Part shown: positions 1-10,223 of the stretch, in pieces
Numbering within the stretch: the first letter of the stretch is position 1
How the letters are laid out: each line of letters begins with the position of its first letter
Source: Longimicrobiales bacterium
Lineage (GTDB): Bacteria > Gemmatimonadota > Gemmatimonadetes > Longimicrobiales > Gaopeijiaceae
DNA: 64,000 nucleotides
Direction of reading: 5' to 3'
Assembly: GCA_965197725.1 (NCBI GenBank)
Contig: CBDANQ010000058.1
Location: 64,001-128,000, forward strand
Notes under the pieces: model-generated
The model's input: only the letters and a program-made list of their open reading frames with translations
Databases searched by the model: none
What the model was told of the DNA's origin: nothing
Made by a program: the position numbers and the translations under genes

Positions 1-461
1 GAGCCCGGGTTGACTGCGCTGACCCCAGTCGCCTCGAGGTTTCCGCTCCCGCTTCGGCCGAAAAGATCTTCCAGGTACTCGAGTAAGACGCGGAGCTGCT
101 GTTCTAACTTCTCGGGGTCCTCGGGCTTCGTAATGAAGTGGTTGCTACCTAGTCCGTAACTCCGAGCCAGGTCGTGGTCGGTGTCGGAGGCCGTCAGCAC
201 GGCGACCGGAATGCGGCGGAGCGCGTCGTTCCGCTTGATCGCCGCAAGTACCTCGTGGCCGGTCTTACCCGGCATCTGGAGGTCGAGCAAGATGAGGTCG
301 GGAAGGACATGCTCGATCATGCTGATGGCCGAATCGCCGTTCCGAGCCCGGTGGACGTGGACCGGAACTCTACTGGCCCGCTCAAGCGCCGCCTCGATCA
401 GCAGTGCGTCCTCGTCGGTGTCCTCGGCGAGCACGACCTCCCGTTGGCGTTGCTTCGTCAT
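1..461 (-). CDS. Response regulator receiver protein (Rcp1-like); 3' end runs off the window
   Basis: Manual translation from ATG at 461: MTKQRQREVVLAEDTDEDALL...PDLILLDLQMPGKTGHEVL...IPVAVLTAS...NHFITKP. Acidic pocket, phospho-Asp, Thr and KP motifs are present. No stop before the window edge, so it is absent from the ORF track. Confidence 0.9.
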   Translation of the reverse strand, partial: MTKQRQREVVLAEDTDEDALLIEAALERASRVPVHVHRARNGDSAISMIEHVLPDLILLDLQMPGKTGHEVLAAIKRNDALRRIPVAVLTASDTDHDLARSYGLGSNHFITKPEDPEKLEQQLRVLLEYLEDLFGRSGSGNLEATGVSAVNPG

Positions 462-705
462 CCTCGGACGCGCTCCTCATTCCGTGGGTCCCGCCCGACG
501 ACGGGGCGGTGAATGCAACAATTCGCCATCCTGTCCAGTGACCAGCATGTAGACCCCGAGTGCGGGCCGCAAGTCCATCGCACGGAAGACCGATGACCGC
601 TTGCTCGAGGGCTTAAGCGGAGTGTGGTCGCGGCCCGGGTGCGCACACGGGGATCGCCATCTCCTCGGCCGCGAGCATCCAGGAGTGCGCGGGATCACTC
701 TGGTA

Positions 706-960
706 GTGGTCCGAAAGCGTCGGATCCTCGAGTACTTGCATGAGGAACTCGCAAGGAACGCGGAGCAGATCACGCTTCCCGTGGCCGACCTGGTTCGGGA
801 GGTGCTGTACGAGACGGTCGTGATATCGGGGATGGCGTACGTGAAGGAGGTTCTCGAGGCGGAGCGAGAGGTGGTGTACGGTCCGAGATGCCGGGCCAAC
901 GAGACGCGGAGTGCGTACCGGGCCGGGCATGGACCGAGCTCGCTGGTGCTGGGAGGTCGG
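706..960 (+). pseudogene. Probable IS256-family transposase N-terminal remnant
   Basis: EVLEAEREVVYGPRCRANETRSAYRAGHGPSSLVLGGR resembles the mutator/IS256 transposase N-terminus. Similarity ends where the convergent DUF5916 gene ends at 961; no DDE domain follows. Confidence 0.6.
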
Positions 961-3657
961 TCACCTCCCCGCCGCCCCACCCAACCAGTAGCTCGCCTTG
1001 ATCGCGAAGAAGTTGTTGCCGGTCGCCGTGAGCGAGCCGAACACGTCGCTCAGGCCCGCGCGGTCGCCGAGGGCTTCGCGCCCCGAGCGATCCTGCTGCC
1101 ACACCAGGTAGAGCGTGCTTCCGGGCCGCCACTCCCAGCGGAGAACAGCCGTGCTCCGGAATGACCTCACATTGAAGTCCCGGTTGGAGATGCCGAAGGC
1201 GTCCTCACCGTCCAAGACCTCGTAGCTGCCGTCCTCCCCACGCTGGATCATGGTGCCGTCCGTCCCATAGGTGCGCAGGAACCGGCTGCCCGCCGCCTCC
1301 AGCTCACCGATGCCGTAGAAGCGGCCGCTAGCGGCGAACGGCTGAGCGAAGAGGTCGAGGTTGACGTCCGGCTTCAGCGTGAAATTCAGCCGCGTCTCCA
1401 TCGCGAGCGTCGTGCGGTCGGTGAACGCAAAGATGTAGCGGCCCCCATATGTCGAGGGTCCCCCCCCATCCCGTGTCATGACGTACTGCCGCGGATTGAC
1501 CTCGTGCTCGAACGAAGGTGCGAGCGACACCTGCCAGCGTGGCTCGGGCACCAACGAGACCCGCCCGCTGACGCTCTCTCTCCGTCCCCCCAGCTCGTCC
1601 CGTCCGTAGTCCACGCCGACGCTCCATCGCGTCTCCGTCGATGCGCTATTCGCCACCTCGAGCGACGTATTCCAGCCTCGGCCCGTTCCCATGGACGGTC
1701 CGCCCCGGGTCAACCGCTGGCTCTGAGCGCGCAAGTTCACCCGGGTGGACGCCCGGGTCGTCCAGAAATTGTTCCACGTCACATCCGTGCTGCCCGTCAA
1801 GGCCGTCTGCTGGTGCTCTCCTGCCAGGTTCCATTCCGTGCGCTGGTTGACCCTGAACTGGTAGCTCCGGAAGTGACGTCCGGGGGTAGCTTCGCGATAC
1901 GTCAACCACGGCCGGATCGCGATGGCGTCTCCGGTCGTGAGGCGTCCGATGTCGTTGAACTCCACCTCCGGCGACTCCAGATCGGCGAACATGGTCCAGA
2001 GCCAGTGCGTGCCGCTGATCTTCTCGACACGCGCGCTTACCTTGGCTCCCCCCATCGTGGTCCGGTCGGGGTCGACCTCGACGTGCGAGGCGTCGGGCCG
2101 CTGGAAGTACCGCTGGCTCGCGCGTTGGAGACGCACGATGGCTTCCTTGTCCCCGTCGACGTGGCTCAGGCCTCCCAGCACCGAGACCTCGTACGTGCCG
2201 CCGGCCGGCCGCCAGAGCGTCTCACCGTTCACGGTCACCGCATTTCGGGGCATGAGGGCGGCCAAAGGATCACCCCGTTCCAGCTCTCGGTGAACCCCGG
2301 TCACCATGAAGCCCGCGGTCGACCCCTGCGTCCCGAACTCCTGCTGGATCCGGGCCACGCCCCAGGTGGTGCGGGGCGCGACGCGAACCTTCCCGTACGT
2401 TCCAGGCGCCGAGTCGAAGGTCTTCGCGTGCTCCTCGCCGGTGACGGCCGCCAGGACCCCCACCGAGGTGCCCGAGGGCAGCCGTCCCGTCAGTTTCGCG
2501 GCGCCCAGAATCGTGGCGCTGCCCGGCGAATCGACATAGTCGCCCGACGCGGATCCCAGTGGGCGGGCACCGATGCGCCTCGAATAAAAAAAGTTGGGGG
2601 AGAGTCCGGGGGTAAGGAGAGCGCTGCCTTCGGTGAAGAACGGACGCCGCTCGGGGAAGAAAACCTCGAAGTCGGTCAAGTTAACTACGGCGGGATCCAC
2701 CTCCACCTGGCCGAAGTCGGGGGTGACCGAGCCATCCAGCGTCAGGTTGGGCCCGATCCCCATCTTGAGATCGAGCCCGACCCGCCCCTCCAGGTTTACG
2801 CCGTCGTCGAACGGGTTGGCGGGATCACGGTCACCGTTGATGCTGGAGCCGGTCGCGGCGAAGGGGAGCAGCTCGAGGCGCCGAACGGGATCGACCGTGC
2901 GAACTCCGCGAAGCTCGCCGAAGCGCGAGGCCCAGGCGCGTTCGGTCCGGGGCACCGCCACCCAGTAGTCGGACTCGTTCTTCGACGGAATCCAACGGTG
3001 GATGTTCAGCCCCCACGTCTGCTCGAGCGTTTCGTTGTATCGCAACTGGGACAGGGGGATCCACATCTCGACGGTCCAGCCCTCGTCATCGATTCTGACG
3101 TGCGCCTCCCAAACCGGATCGAAGCCCTGATCGATGTCCTCCTCGCTATCGGAGCGGTGGAAGTGGTCGAGGCGGACGCCGGCAGCCGTGACACCGAAGG
3201 TGTAGGCGGTGCGACGGTCGAGGAAGGTATCCAGAGAAACGAGCACGTATTCCGCCAGCTGTCCTCCATCGCGCCGCCCTAAAGGGGCCTGGATTGAGGA
3301 CCCTCCTCCGCTCGAGTACATGCGGGCGCCGACGTAGAGCGCTTTGTCGTCGTACACGAAACGCACCTCGGTCCGCTCGGTGGGGAGCGCGCCCTCGGTC
3401 GGCTCTTTTTGCACGAAGTCGGTGACGGGCGGAGCCTGGCCCCAGATGGCTTCGTCGAGGTGCCCGTCCACGCGAATGCCGCTGGACAGCGTTTCGAGAG
3501 CCGTCGCCCGTTTGTAGCTGGTGAGGGAGGGCTCTTGAGCGGCCACCTCGAACGTGGCCATCAGAAGAACCATGAGGGTCAGCAGAGCTTGACGCACCGA
3601 TCTTGCGGTCTGGACGGGAGGTGGCGCGAGCGGTCCCGAGGGCGGCGCCTTCACCAC
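961..3657 (-). CDS. CBM9-like/DUF5916 outer-membrane protein
   Basis: 898 aa with a signal peptide, VDGHLDEAIW/TEVRFVYDDKALYVG CBM9-like N-terminus, PDFGQVE and FFPERRPFFTEG motifs, and a beta-barrel-like C-terminus (KASYW). Confidence 0.85.
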   Translation of the reverse strand: MVKAPPSGPLAPPPVQTARSVRQALLTLMVLLMATFEVAAQEPSLTSYKRATALETLSSGIRVDGHLDEAIWGQAPPVTDFVQKEPTEGALPTERTEVRFVYDDKALYVGARMYSSGGGSSIQAPLGRRDGGQLAEYVLVSLDTFLDRRTAYTFGVTAAGVRLDHFHRSDSEEDIDQGFDPVWEAHVRIDDEGWTVEMWIPLSQLRYNETLEQTWGLNIHRWIPSKNESDYWVAVPRTERAWASRFGELRGVRTVDPVRRLELLPFAATGSSINGDRDPANPFDDGVNLEGRVGLDLKMGIGPNLTLDGSVTPDFGQVEVDPAVVNLTDFEVFFPERRPFFTEGSALLTPGLSPNFFYSRRIGARPLGSASGDYVDSPGSATILGAAKLTGRLPSGTSVGVLAAVTGEEHAKTFDSAPGTYGKVRVAPRTTWGVARIQQEFGTQGSTAGFMVTGVHRELERGDPLAALMPRNAVTVNGETLWRPAGGTYEVSVLGGLSHVDGDKEAIVRLQRASQRYFQRPDASHVEVDPDRTTMGGAKVSARVEKISGTHWLWTMFADLESPEVEFNDIGRLTTGDAIAIRPWLTYREATPGRHFRSYQFRVNQRTEWNLAGEHQQTALTGSTDVTWNNFWTTRASTRVNLRAQSQRLTRGGPSMGTGRGWNTSLEVANSASTETRWSVGVDYGRDELGGRRESVSGRVSLVPEPRWQVSLAPSFEHEVNPRQYVMTRDGGGPSTYGGRYIFAFTDRTTLAMETRLNFTLKPDVNLDLFAQPFAASGRFYGIGELEAAGSRFLRTYGTDGTMIQRGEDGSYEVLDGEDAFGISNRDFNVRSFRSTAVLRWEWRPGSTLYLVWQQDRSGREALGDRAGLSDVFGSLTATGNNFFAIKASYWLGGAAGR

Positions 3658-3949
3658 GAAGGGGCTCCGACGACTTCAAGCCTAGGTGATTTGTTGCCCA
3701 CTGGCCACTCCGGGCCGAGCCGAGTCAGCCCACCTCAACGCGTCAGCCCGAGCTTCTCGATAATCGCCAAGGAACCGCTCCTCCAGCGGCCGTTCATCAG
3801 CCAAGAGGGCCGCACTCAATCATGTCGAGGCAACCCCAAAAGTCCGGCGTCAAGTCGGGTTAACTTTTTTCCTGGCGATGTTGATCGATCCTACGATAAC
3901 TTTTAAGCAACCTCCCTGACATCATCACCCTGCTGACGTCATCCCCCTG

Positions 3950-4516
3950 TTGATCGCCTCTACCGTCCTATGCGCCCTGCTTGCTGCCGCGTTCGCGGCC
4001 CTCACCGTCGCGTGGTTGAAGCGGCTGCCTACTCTTCATCTCTGCCCGACGTGCACGCATCGCACGCAGGCGGTCTTGCTCCCCAGATTGCTGAGGCCGT
4101 TGGGGCGCTGGATCGGACTACGGTGGTGCCCCGATTGCGAATGGGAAGGGATCGGTCGCAAGGGCCCCGAATTCATTCCAGAACGCCCGCTCGCACACGA
4201 CTCCGGTTTCCACTGGGGCGCGGACGTCATCGGGGAGAACGCCGGCTTCCATTGGGCTGAGCTCGAGCCGCCGGAGCCGCGCGACCTGTCTGCGGAGCCG
4301 CCGGCTCACCGATCTGGCTTCCGTTTCGGGGGCGGGCCTACACCCTCCAAGCCGCGGGCGCACCCGTCGGGATTCAACTGGTCAGGCCCCCGCCCAGCAG
4401 TACCGTACGTCGATCGGCGCGATCCCCGCTCAGCGTTCTCTTGGGGCAGCAGGCGCCGCGAGCCTGAAATCTTTCAGTGGGGCCAGGCGCCGGATAGGTG
4501 GCCCCCGCACCAGTAG
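3950..4516 (+). CDS. Hypothetical membrane-anchored zinc-ribbon protein with repeated (G)FxW(G) motifs
   Basis: N-terminal hydrophobic helix, CPTC...CPDC pair, and six aromatic repeats in a Pro-rich tail. Confidence 0.7.
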   Translation: MIASTVLCALLAAAFAALTVAWLKRLPTLHLCPTCTHRTQAVLLPRLLRPLGRWIGLRWCPDCEWEGIGRKGPEFIPERPLAHDSGFHWGADVIGENAGFHWAELEPPEPRDLSAEPPAHRSGFRFGGGPTPSKPRAHPSGFNWSGPRPAVPYVDRRDPRSAFSWGSRRREPEIFQWGQAPDRWPPHQ

Positions 4517-4564
4517 GACGCGCGTCCCAGATGTCCGACGGCCTCGACCCGGTCGATCGTCTAT

Positions 4565-4628
4565 ACTACCAGGTAACAGGCACGACAGCGGTCCCCACTA
4601 CCAGGTGACAGGCACGACAGCGGTCCCC
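4565..4628. repeat. 2 x 32-bp tandem duplication
   Basis: actaccaggt(a/g)acaggcacgacagcggtcccc occurs twice head-to-tail with one mismatch. Confidence 0.95.
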
Positions 4629-4651
4629 GGACGACCGGATGGGCGGAAGAC

Positions 4652-6391
4652 ATGCGCGACGGGAGCGAACTAGCAGCCCTGCTCGAGCGGATCGACGGAC
4701 GGGGGTACAAGGCGTACAAGGAGATCGCTGGACCTTGGCGGTTTTCGGACTTCACTCTGCACTTCGATCACGTGCAGGGCGACCCGTTCGCGGACCCCAC
4801 ACGGGTACGCCTGATGCTGCCTGCGGGTGTTGCCGACCTCCCGGAGTCGGCGTACCGAACTCGGCCACGCGCGCTCGGTACGGCGGCGTTCCTCGCTCGG
4901 TCTTTCGCGCGGGCCGCCCGCGCGATCGGCCGGTCGGGCAGCGGCAAGAGCGGAGAGATCCGGATGGAAGATCCAGGTCAGACCGTTCTCCTGCACACCG
5001 CCGTGCTCATGCGCGAACACGGAGATCTAGAGGCCCGTTTCACGGTCGGGCTACCCGCGCAGGGGCGTCGTGTGCTCGGCCGCCAGGCCTCCGAATTGCT
5101 GACGGCGCGCGTCCCGGAGCTCGTGCGCTCCACGCTGATCGCGGCGGCGCACGACGCCGCCGAGATCGAAGCTCATGCAGCCAGCAACGAAGACGCCGAT
5201 GCCCTCAGGAGCCAACTGGAGGGGCGGGGATTGATCGCCTTCGTGGCGGATGACTCGGTGCTGCCACGCCGAAGCGGAATCGACGATCGACCACTGGAGG
5301 GCGCCAACGTCGTTTCCTTCCGCTCACCCGAATCGCTTCGAGTGACGTTCGAGCTTCCGAACGCCGGTTCGGTGTCGGGCATGGGCGTTCTGCCAGGTGT
5401 GACGTTGATCGTGGGCGGTGGCTTCAACGGCAAGAGCACGTTGCTCCGCGCCATCGAGTCCGGCGTCTACAACCACCGGCCCGGGGACGGAAGGGAACGG
5501 GTGGCCAGCCGCTTCGACGCGGTGAAGGTGCGCGCAGAAGACCGACGTTCGGTCTCCGGGGTCGACATATCGAGCTTCATCGATGGACTCCCGTTCGGCC
5601 AGGACACGAAGCGATTCTCCACGGAGAACGCCTCGGGATCGACGAGTCAGGCCGCGGCCATCGTCGAAGCGCTCGAGGCCGGCGCCCGACTGTTGCTCGT
5701 TGACGAAGACACCTCGGCAACGAATTTCATGATCCGTGATCGCCGGATGCAGCAGCTGGTTCCGAAGGAAGGCGAGCCGATCACGCCCTTCGTCGATCGC
5801 GTACGCGAATTGTACGAAAGTCGGAGCGTGAGTTGCGTGCTCGTGCTCGGAGGGAGTGGGGACTATCTGGATGTGGCCGATACCGTGATCCGCATGACCG
5901 ACTACGCGCCGTGGGACGTCACCGCGGAGGCGAGGACCGTGGCAGTGGAGATTCCGACCGGACGAGCGACGGAACGCAAACGACCGCTTACCGCGTTCTC
6001 CCTCCGTCGCGTTCAGGTGCGCTCCGTCGACCCGAGCAGGGGCCGTCGTGCGTCGTACGTGCGCGTGCCCGACGACCGAACTCTCATCTTCGGCGTTGAG
6101 ACCATCGACCTCGCCGGCGTCGAGCAGATCGCGAGTCGCGCGCAGATGCGGGCGATCGGACAGGGTCTCGTGCTGTTGGCCGAGCGAGTCCTGGGGGAAG
6201 GCTCCGCTGAAGCGAGCAGGCCCCGTAGTAGCGCAGTCGATGTCGCCGGCGCGCTGGACGCCGTCGAGAGTCTCCTCGAGGAGGGAGACTTGGACGTTCT
6301 CGACCCCCGCCGTGTCGGCGACCTCGCGGAGTTCCGGCGCTTCGAGCTGGCTGCCGCGTTGAACAGGTTGCGCACACTGCGGGTAGACTAG
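4652..6391 (+). CDS. ABC-class ATPase domain protein (soluble; MRB1590-like family)
   Basis: IDGRGYKAYK and DHVQGDPFA N-terminus, Walker A GGGFNGKST, NASGSTSQAA, Walker B LLVDEDTSATNFMIRD. Confidence 0.9.
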   Translation: MRDGSELAALLERIDGRGYKAYKEIAGPWRFSDFTLHFDHVQGDPFADPTRVRLMLPAGVADLPESAYRTRPRALGTAAFLARSFARAARAIGRSGSGKSGEIRMEDPGQTVLLHTAVLMREHGDLEARFTVGLPAQGRRVLGRQASELLTARVPELVRSTLIAAAHDAAEIEAHAASNEDADALRSQLEGRGLIAFVADDSVLPRRSGIDDRPLEGANVVSFRSPESLRVTFELPNAGSVSGMGVLPGVTLIVGGGFNGKSTLLRAIESGVYNHRPGDGRERVASRFDAVKVRAEDRRSVSGVDISSFIDGLPFGQDTKRFSTENASGSTSQAAAIVEALEAGARLLLVDEDTSATNFMIRDRRMQQLVPKEGEPITPFVDRVRELYESRSVSCVLVLGGSGDYLDVADTVIRMTDYAPWDVTAEARTVAVEIPTGRATERKRPLTAFSLRRVQVRSVDPSRGRRASYVRVPDDRTLIFGVETIDLAGVEQIASRAQMRAIGQGLVLLAERVLGEGSAEASRPRSSAVDVAGALDAVESLLEEGDLDVLDPRRVGDLAEFRRFELAAALNRLRTLRVD

Positions 6392-6398
6392 TCCCCCG

Positions 6399-8189
6399 AT
6401 GAGACCCGGTCCGACTCTAGGAGCGCACCTGCCGGCGGCGATCCCGGAACTGGGCGCCGCGGTCCCTGCGCTGGCGGTATCCGGCACCGCGAGCGCCGAG
6501 CCGTTCCTCATCGAGGGCGAATCCGCCTCCGCCCGGGGTGTACTCAGAGGCGGGATCGACCGCATCCGCATCCATGACCGTGTGGTCGTGCGCGATCTGA
6601 CAATCGGGAACTCACTCGGAGTCAATTTCGTCGTGATGCCAGGGGTGCTTCGGCGGGAACGGACGGGTCCCATCGGGACTGTCATGGAGAACGTCGTCGT
6701 CACGCCGACGCTTCCGCTGGTGGCCGCGCAGTGGAGCGGATCGCCGGTTGCGGACGATGGCGCGCTACGGCTCACGCTCACCCCGGGCGGTGCGCAAGTC
6801 CGCTACGACGTGCACGACGGAGTCTTGCGCGCGGTGGGCCGAGATCCAGACCAGTCGGTCGCGGTGGCGCTGTACGGTGGCACGGGAAAGTGGACTCTTG
6901 CGGACGACGGCGACGGCCGCGTGCTCGCGTCACACGGGATGGGCGGCGACGGGCCGCTGACCCTCTTGGTCACCGCAGGAAGCGAGGCCGCGATCCGCTC
7001 TGCGCTCGCTTCAGCCGCTCACTTACCTGTGCATGAACGGCGGGCCGCGTCGACGACGGCCGAGGGCGTCCGGGTCCTGACGGGAGTCGCGGAACTCGAC
7101 GACGGCGTCGCCTGGGCATCGTTCCGCGTTCGTGCGTCACTCTGGCGTGGCGTGATGACGGCCTCGGGCCACCACGCGTTCTGGTCGGGCCTCGGGGCGC
7201 TCGCGGTCGCGGACGTGGAGGCCGCAAGCCGGGCTGTCGCGCTCCTGGAGGGCCAGCTCAGGGCGGGACAGGCATGCCAGCCGGCGTGGCCCGTGGAAGC
7301 GATGGCTGCGCTGCTCGCAGCGCGCTTGGCGCTCGCATCCGACGACGCCTCGGCCGCCCGGCGCCACGCCCAGTTGATCTCGGATCGCGCTTGGGCTCCG
7401 AGGGGTCTGTCCTCCGACGGTGCGAGCCTGTGGGCGTTCGCGCTCGAGGAGCTCGCGGACGCCTTGCGCCACACCGAGACCGACGACCGCATCGCGGACC
7501 TGAGGACGCTCGCGGCGGAGCTGCCGTCCAGGGCCGCCGGCGGCATGCGACTACCGATGGTCGCCGACGCACGTCCCGACGCAGGAGACTTCCTTCGATC
7601 GGTTCTCGCCGGCGGCTTAGGTCACGCGCCTCGGACAGGCATCCGGAGACTCGACGACACCCTGCGCACGTGGTCCGGCTTCGGCGAGGACGCCGACGGA
7701 GCGTGGGGGCGGTGGCGAGAGACCCTCTCGGAAGGGTTGGTGAGCGGGCCCTCGGGCCCCGCTAGCTGGGATGAGGTCGATGACGTGCTCGCACCCGGCG
7801 CTCCAGTCGCAGGGGCCGTGCTCGCTGCGTTCTCCCACGGTGTACTGGGCTACATGCCCGATGCGCCGTCCGGACGACTGCGCCTCGCGCCACGGCTCCC
7901 GTCTCACGCGCGCGCGCTCACCGTTGAGAGGCTACGGTTGGGGTCTACGTTCATCACGCTTCGATACGAGCGCCTGAAGACCCGTCACCGCTTCGTTCTC
8001 GAACCGACTTCGGCTCGTGTGCCACCGATGCTGGTATTCGAACCTTCGATCCCTGGGACGCGCCTCGCCGAGGCTCATATCGGAGACGCCCGCGCCGACC
8101 TCGAGGCGACTCGGGAGGGCGAGCGTGTCCGCGTTCGTGTCCAACTCTCGCTCGAAGGGCCGTGCACGATCGACCTCAGGACCGAATAG
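6399..8189 (+). CDS. Hypothetical protein, distant glycoside hydrolase/amylo-alpha-1,6-glucosidase-like
   Basis: 596 aa, starting 7 bp after the ATPase. The C-terminal GVLGYMPDAPSGRLRLAPRLP resembles GH65/GDE-type C-termini; catalytic motifs are not evident. Confidence 0.55.
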   Translation: MRPGPTLGAHLPAAIPELGAAVPALAVSGTASAEPFLIEGESASARGVLRGGIDRIRIHDRVVVRDLTIGNSLGVNFVVMPGVLRRERTGPIGTVMENVVVTPTLPLVAAQWSGSPVADDGALRLTLTPGGAQVRYDVHDGVLRAVGRDPDQSVAVALYGGTGKWTLADDGDGRVLASHGMGGDGPLTLLVTAGSEAAIRSALASAAHLPVHERRAASTTAEGVRVLTGVAELDDGVAWASFRVRASLWRGVMTASGHHAFWSGLGALAVADVEAASRAVALLEGQLRAGQACQPAWPVEAMAALLAARLALASDDASAARRHAQLISDRAWAPRGLSSDGASLWAFALEELADALRHTETDDRIADLRTLAAELPSRAAGGMRLPMVADARPDAGDFLRSVLAGGLGHAPRTGIRRLDDTLRTWSGFGEDADGAWGRWRETLSEGLVSGPSGPASWDEVDDVLAPGAPVAGAVLAAFSHGVLGYMPDAPSGRLRLAPRLPSHARALTVERLRLGSTFITLRYERLKTRHRFVLEPTSARVPPMLVFEPSIPGTRLAEAHIGDARADLEATREGERVRVRVQLSLEGPCTIDLRTE

Positions 8190-8242
8190 GAAACGAGGCC
8201 GAGCGGTGAACTCCCGGCCCCATATCGATACGCCCTTGCCGA

Positions 8243-8434
8243 TCAGTCCTCTGCGAGATAGCCGTGCTCTAGGAGCAGCTCCTTGGTCCGAGGCTCTCGC
8301 TCAGCCAGAGCCGTCTTCGCAATCTCACGCGCGAACTCCACACGATGGATCTCGGACACGTTATCTAGGACAGCGATCGGCGCTCCGTAGCGCAGTAGAA
8401 TGCGCTTGGCGTCGACAGCGACGGAATCGTTCAC
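8243..8434 (-). CDS. Small hypothetical protein (63 aa)
   Basis: GTG start after a G-rich RBS; protein-like helical sequence (M)NDSVAVDAKRILLRYGAPIAVLDNV...LEHGYLAED. Confidence 0.65.
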   Translation of the reverse strand: MNDSVAVDAKRILLRYGAPIAVLDNVSEIHRVEFAREIAKTALAEREPRTKELLLEHGYLAED

Positions 8435-8510
8435 GTTTGCCCCCGGAAACCATGCCGCGGATGAGGTCGTGAAAGTGGTAAGGGATAATAACATAGACCC
8501 TTCGCATCGA

Positions 8511-9732
8511 GTGAAACGGCGCTTCTTGGCGTTCTGCACACTGGCCGTCGTGCCGTGCGGGATTGCCTCCGGGGCCGCGGCTCGCGCCGCCGACGATGCG
8601 TGGGAGGAGCTCGCGCACGTGTCGGCGGCACGCATCGCGCGCTTGGCTCTCGGCACGCTCGAGCAGGACCTGGGAGCCGCCCTCGACTCGCTGCTAGGCT
8701 CGGCCGATCCGCTACCCAGCCCGGACACCACCATCGAGGCGGTTCGCCTGGCGATGGCGGGCGACACCGTGTCGGCCCTCGATCCGACGGCTTCGGGCGT
8801 CGAGCTGATGGTCCTGTTTCCGGACGCCGAAGGCCTGCTACGCTTCGCCAACGGCATGTTGGTTCCCGGGGCCGCCGTTCTGGTGGGTCGGGTCGCTCGA
8901 GCGCGCGTCGGCCTCTATCTGAACGGTGAGCTGTGGAGCGCCACGGACCCGCCACCGTCAGTGGAAGTGATCGACCGTGAGACGCTCCTTGCGGCATCGC
9001 GAACACCTGGGGGCGTAAGGAGCGACGCCGGAAGCGTCGTTGCCATGGACCCGCGCAGAGAACTCCCCGCCGCGATCGTGGCGCTCGCCCAGCCGGAGGG
9101 CCCTGGCGAGCAGGCCGTCCCGCTGGCTGTACGACTCGTACTCGGCCTGCTCCTGCTCTTTTCGGCGGTCGCCGCCTGGATCCTATTCACGAAGGCGAGC
9201 GGTTCGGAAGGGGAACCGGCGCCGAGTCGCGCAGCGTTGGTTCTGCTGGCGTGCGTTCCCCTCTTTACTCTCTTGGGCATGCTCGTGCACGTGCAACGGA
9301 CGTTCGATGCCGCCGCCCGCGAGCATGTCTCCCGGGGCCTGGTCCAGACCCTGACCGTTGTCGGTACGCTGGGCATCGGAGAGTCACCGGCCGGAGCACG
9401 CGCCCTGAGCGGCTCCCATGCGGCCCGCATCGAGCGAGGTCTCGTGACGGCCTCCACCCCTGGCTGGCGACGCTGCTGCGTTGGCAGCGGTGCCAGCACC
9501 TCCACCCTCTTTCACGACTGCAGGAGTCGTGGAGACTGGTTCCGGCAGGTCGCGCTACGTCGCACGAAGGATCGACCGGGAGTCATTCATGGTTCTGCTC
9601 GCACCCATTCCATTGGCCCGTATCGAAGCGCTGCGCAAACGGTTTATGCTGATCAGCGGTGTACTGATGGGCTGGCTGCTACTCGTCGCGGGGAGTCTGA
9701 CCGTACGCTCGAACCGTACCGAGAACAGCTAG
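8511..9732 (+). pseudogene. Multi-pass membrane protein with a +1 frameshift at the C4 run (9457-9460)
   Basis: The frame MKRRFLAFCTL...GLVTAST continues as LAGDAAALAAVPAPPP...RTENS* if one C is removed from acccctgg. Real frameshift or sequencing error. Confidence 0.65.
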
Positions 9733-9750
9733 GGAACCCGACTCAGAACA

Positions 9751-10185
9751 CTAGTTCAGCAGATCCGGCTCGTCGCCGTTGTCCATCTCGAGCAACGGCG
9801 ACGGCAGTACGAATGGGCCACTCAACTCGAAACGCGGCACTGTTACCCTGAACTGCTCGCCGTCGGGGCGGACGAAGGTGTAGTACCCCTCCATGTATCC
9901 GACAGGTGAGCGGAGCACGCAGTAGCTCTGGTACTCGTGGGAGTCTCCGGGCCGGAGCATGGGCTGCTCGCCCACCACGCCTTCGCCATCGACCTCGGTG
10001 TCCTCTCCTGAAGAATCGTGAATATACCAGTGCCGGAACAGGAGTTTGGCCGAGGTTTTACCCTCGTTCCGCACCAAAATGTCGTAGGAGAACACGAACG
10101 TGCCGTCCTCCGGGTCGGAGGCGGCGAGGGAAAACCGGGGTCGAACCCGGACACGGATACCGTCGGTGGCTTGCTCGTAGCGCAT
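9751..10185 (-). CDS. apaG: ApaG (DUF525) protein
   Basis: FVFSYDILVRNEG, RHWYIHD, VDGEGVVGEQP, YQSYCVLRSPVGYMEGYY. Confidence 0.93.
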   Translation of the reverse strand: MRYEQATDGIRVRVRPRFSLAASDPEDGTFVFSYDILVRNEGKTSAKLLFRHWYIHDSSGEDTEVDGEGVVGEQPMLRPGDSHEYQSYCVLRSPVGYMEGYYTFVRPDGEQFRVTVPRFELSGPFVLPSPLLEMDNGDEPDLLN

Positions 10186-10223
10186 GACGGATGCTAACAC
10201 CGACCGCGCGAGCGCGCAGCCCG

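Noticed and set aside
1504..3282. Long antisense ORFs (also 5324-6781, 22560-23738, 31718-32917, 59075-60325)
   Set aside because: Shadows or alternative frames of well-supported genes in high-GC DNA, with no motifs.
4190..4490. Resemblance of the FxWG repeats to amidated kinin-like neuropeptide precursors (PAM substrates)
   Set aside because: No consistent dibasic cleavage sites, the tail is probably cytoplasmic, and the gene is far from the PHM/PAL-like genes.
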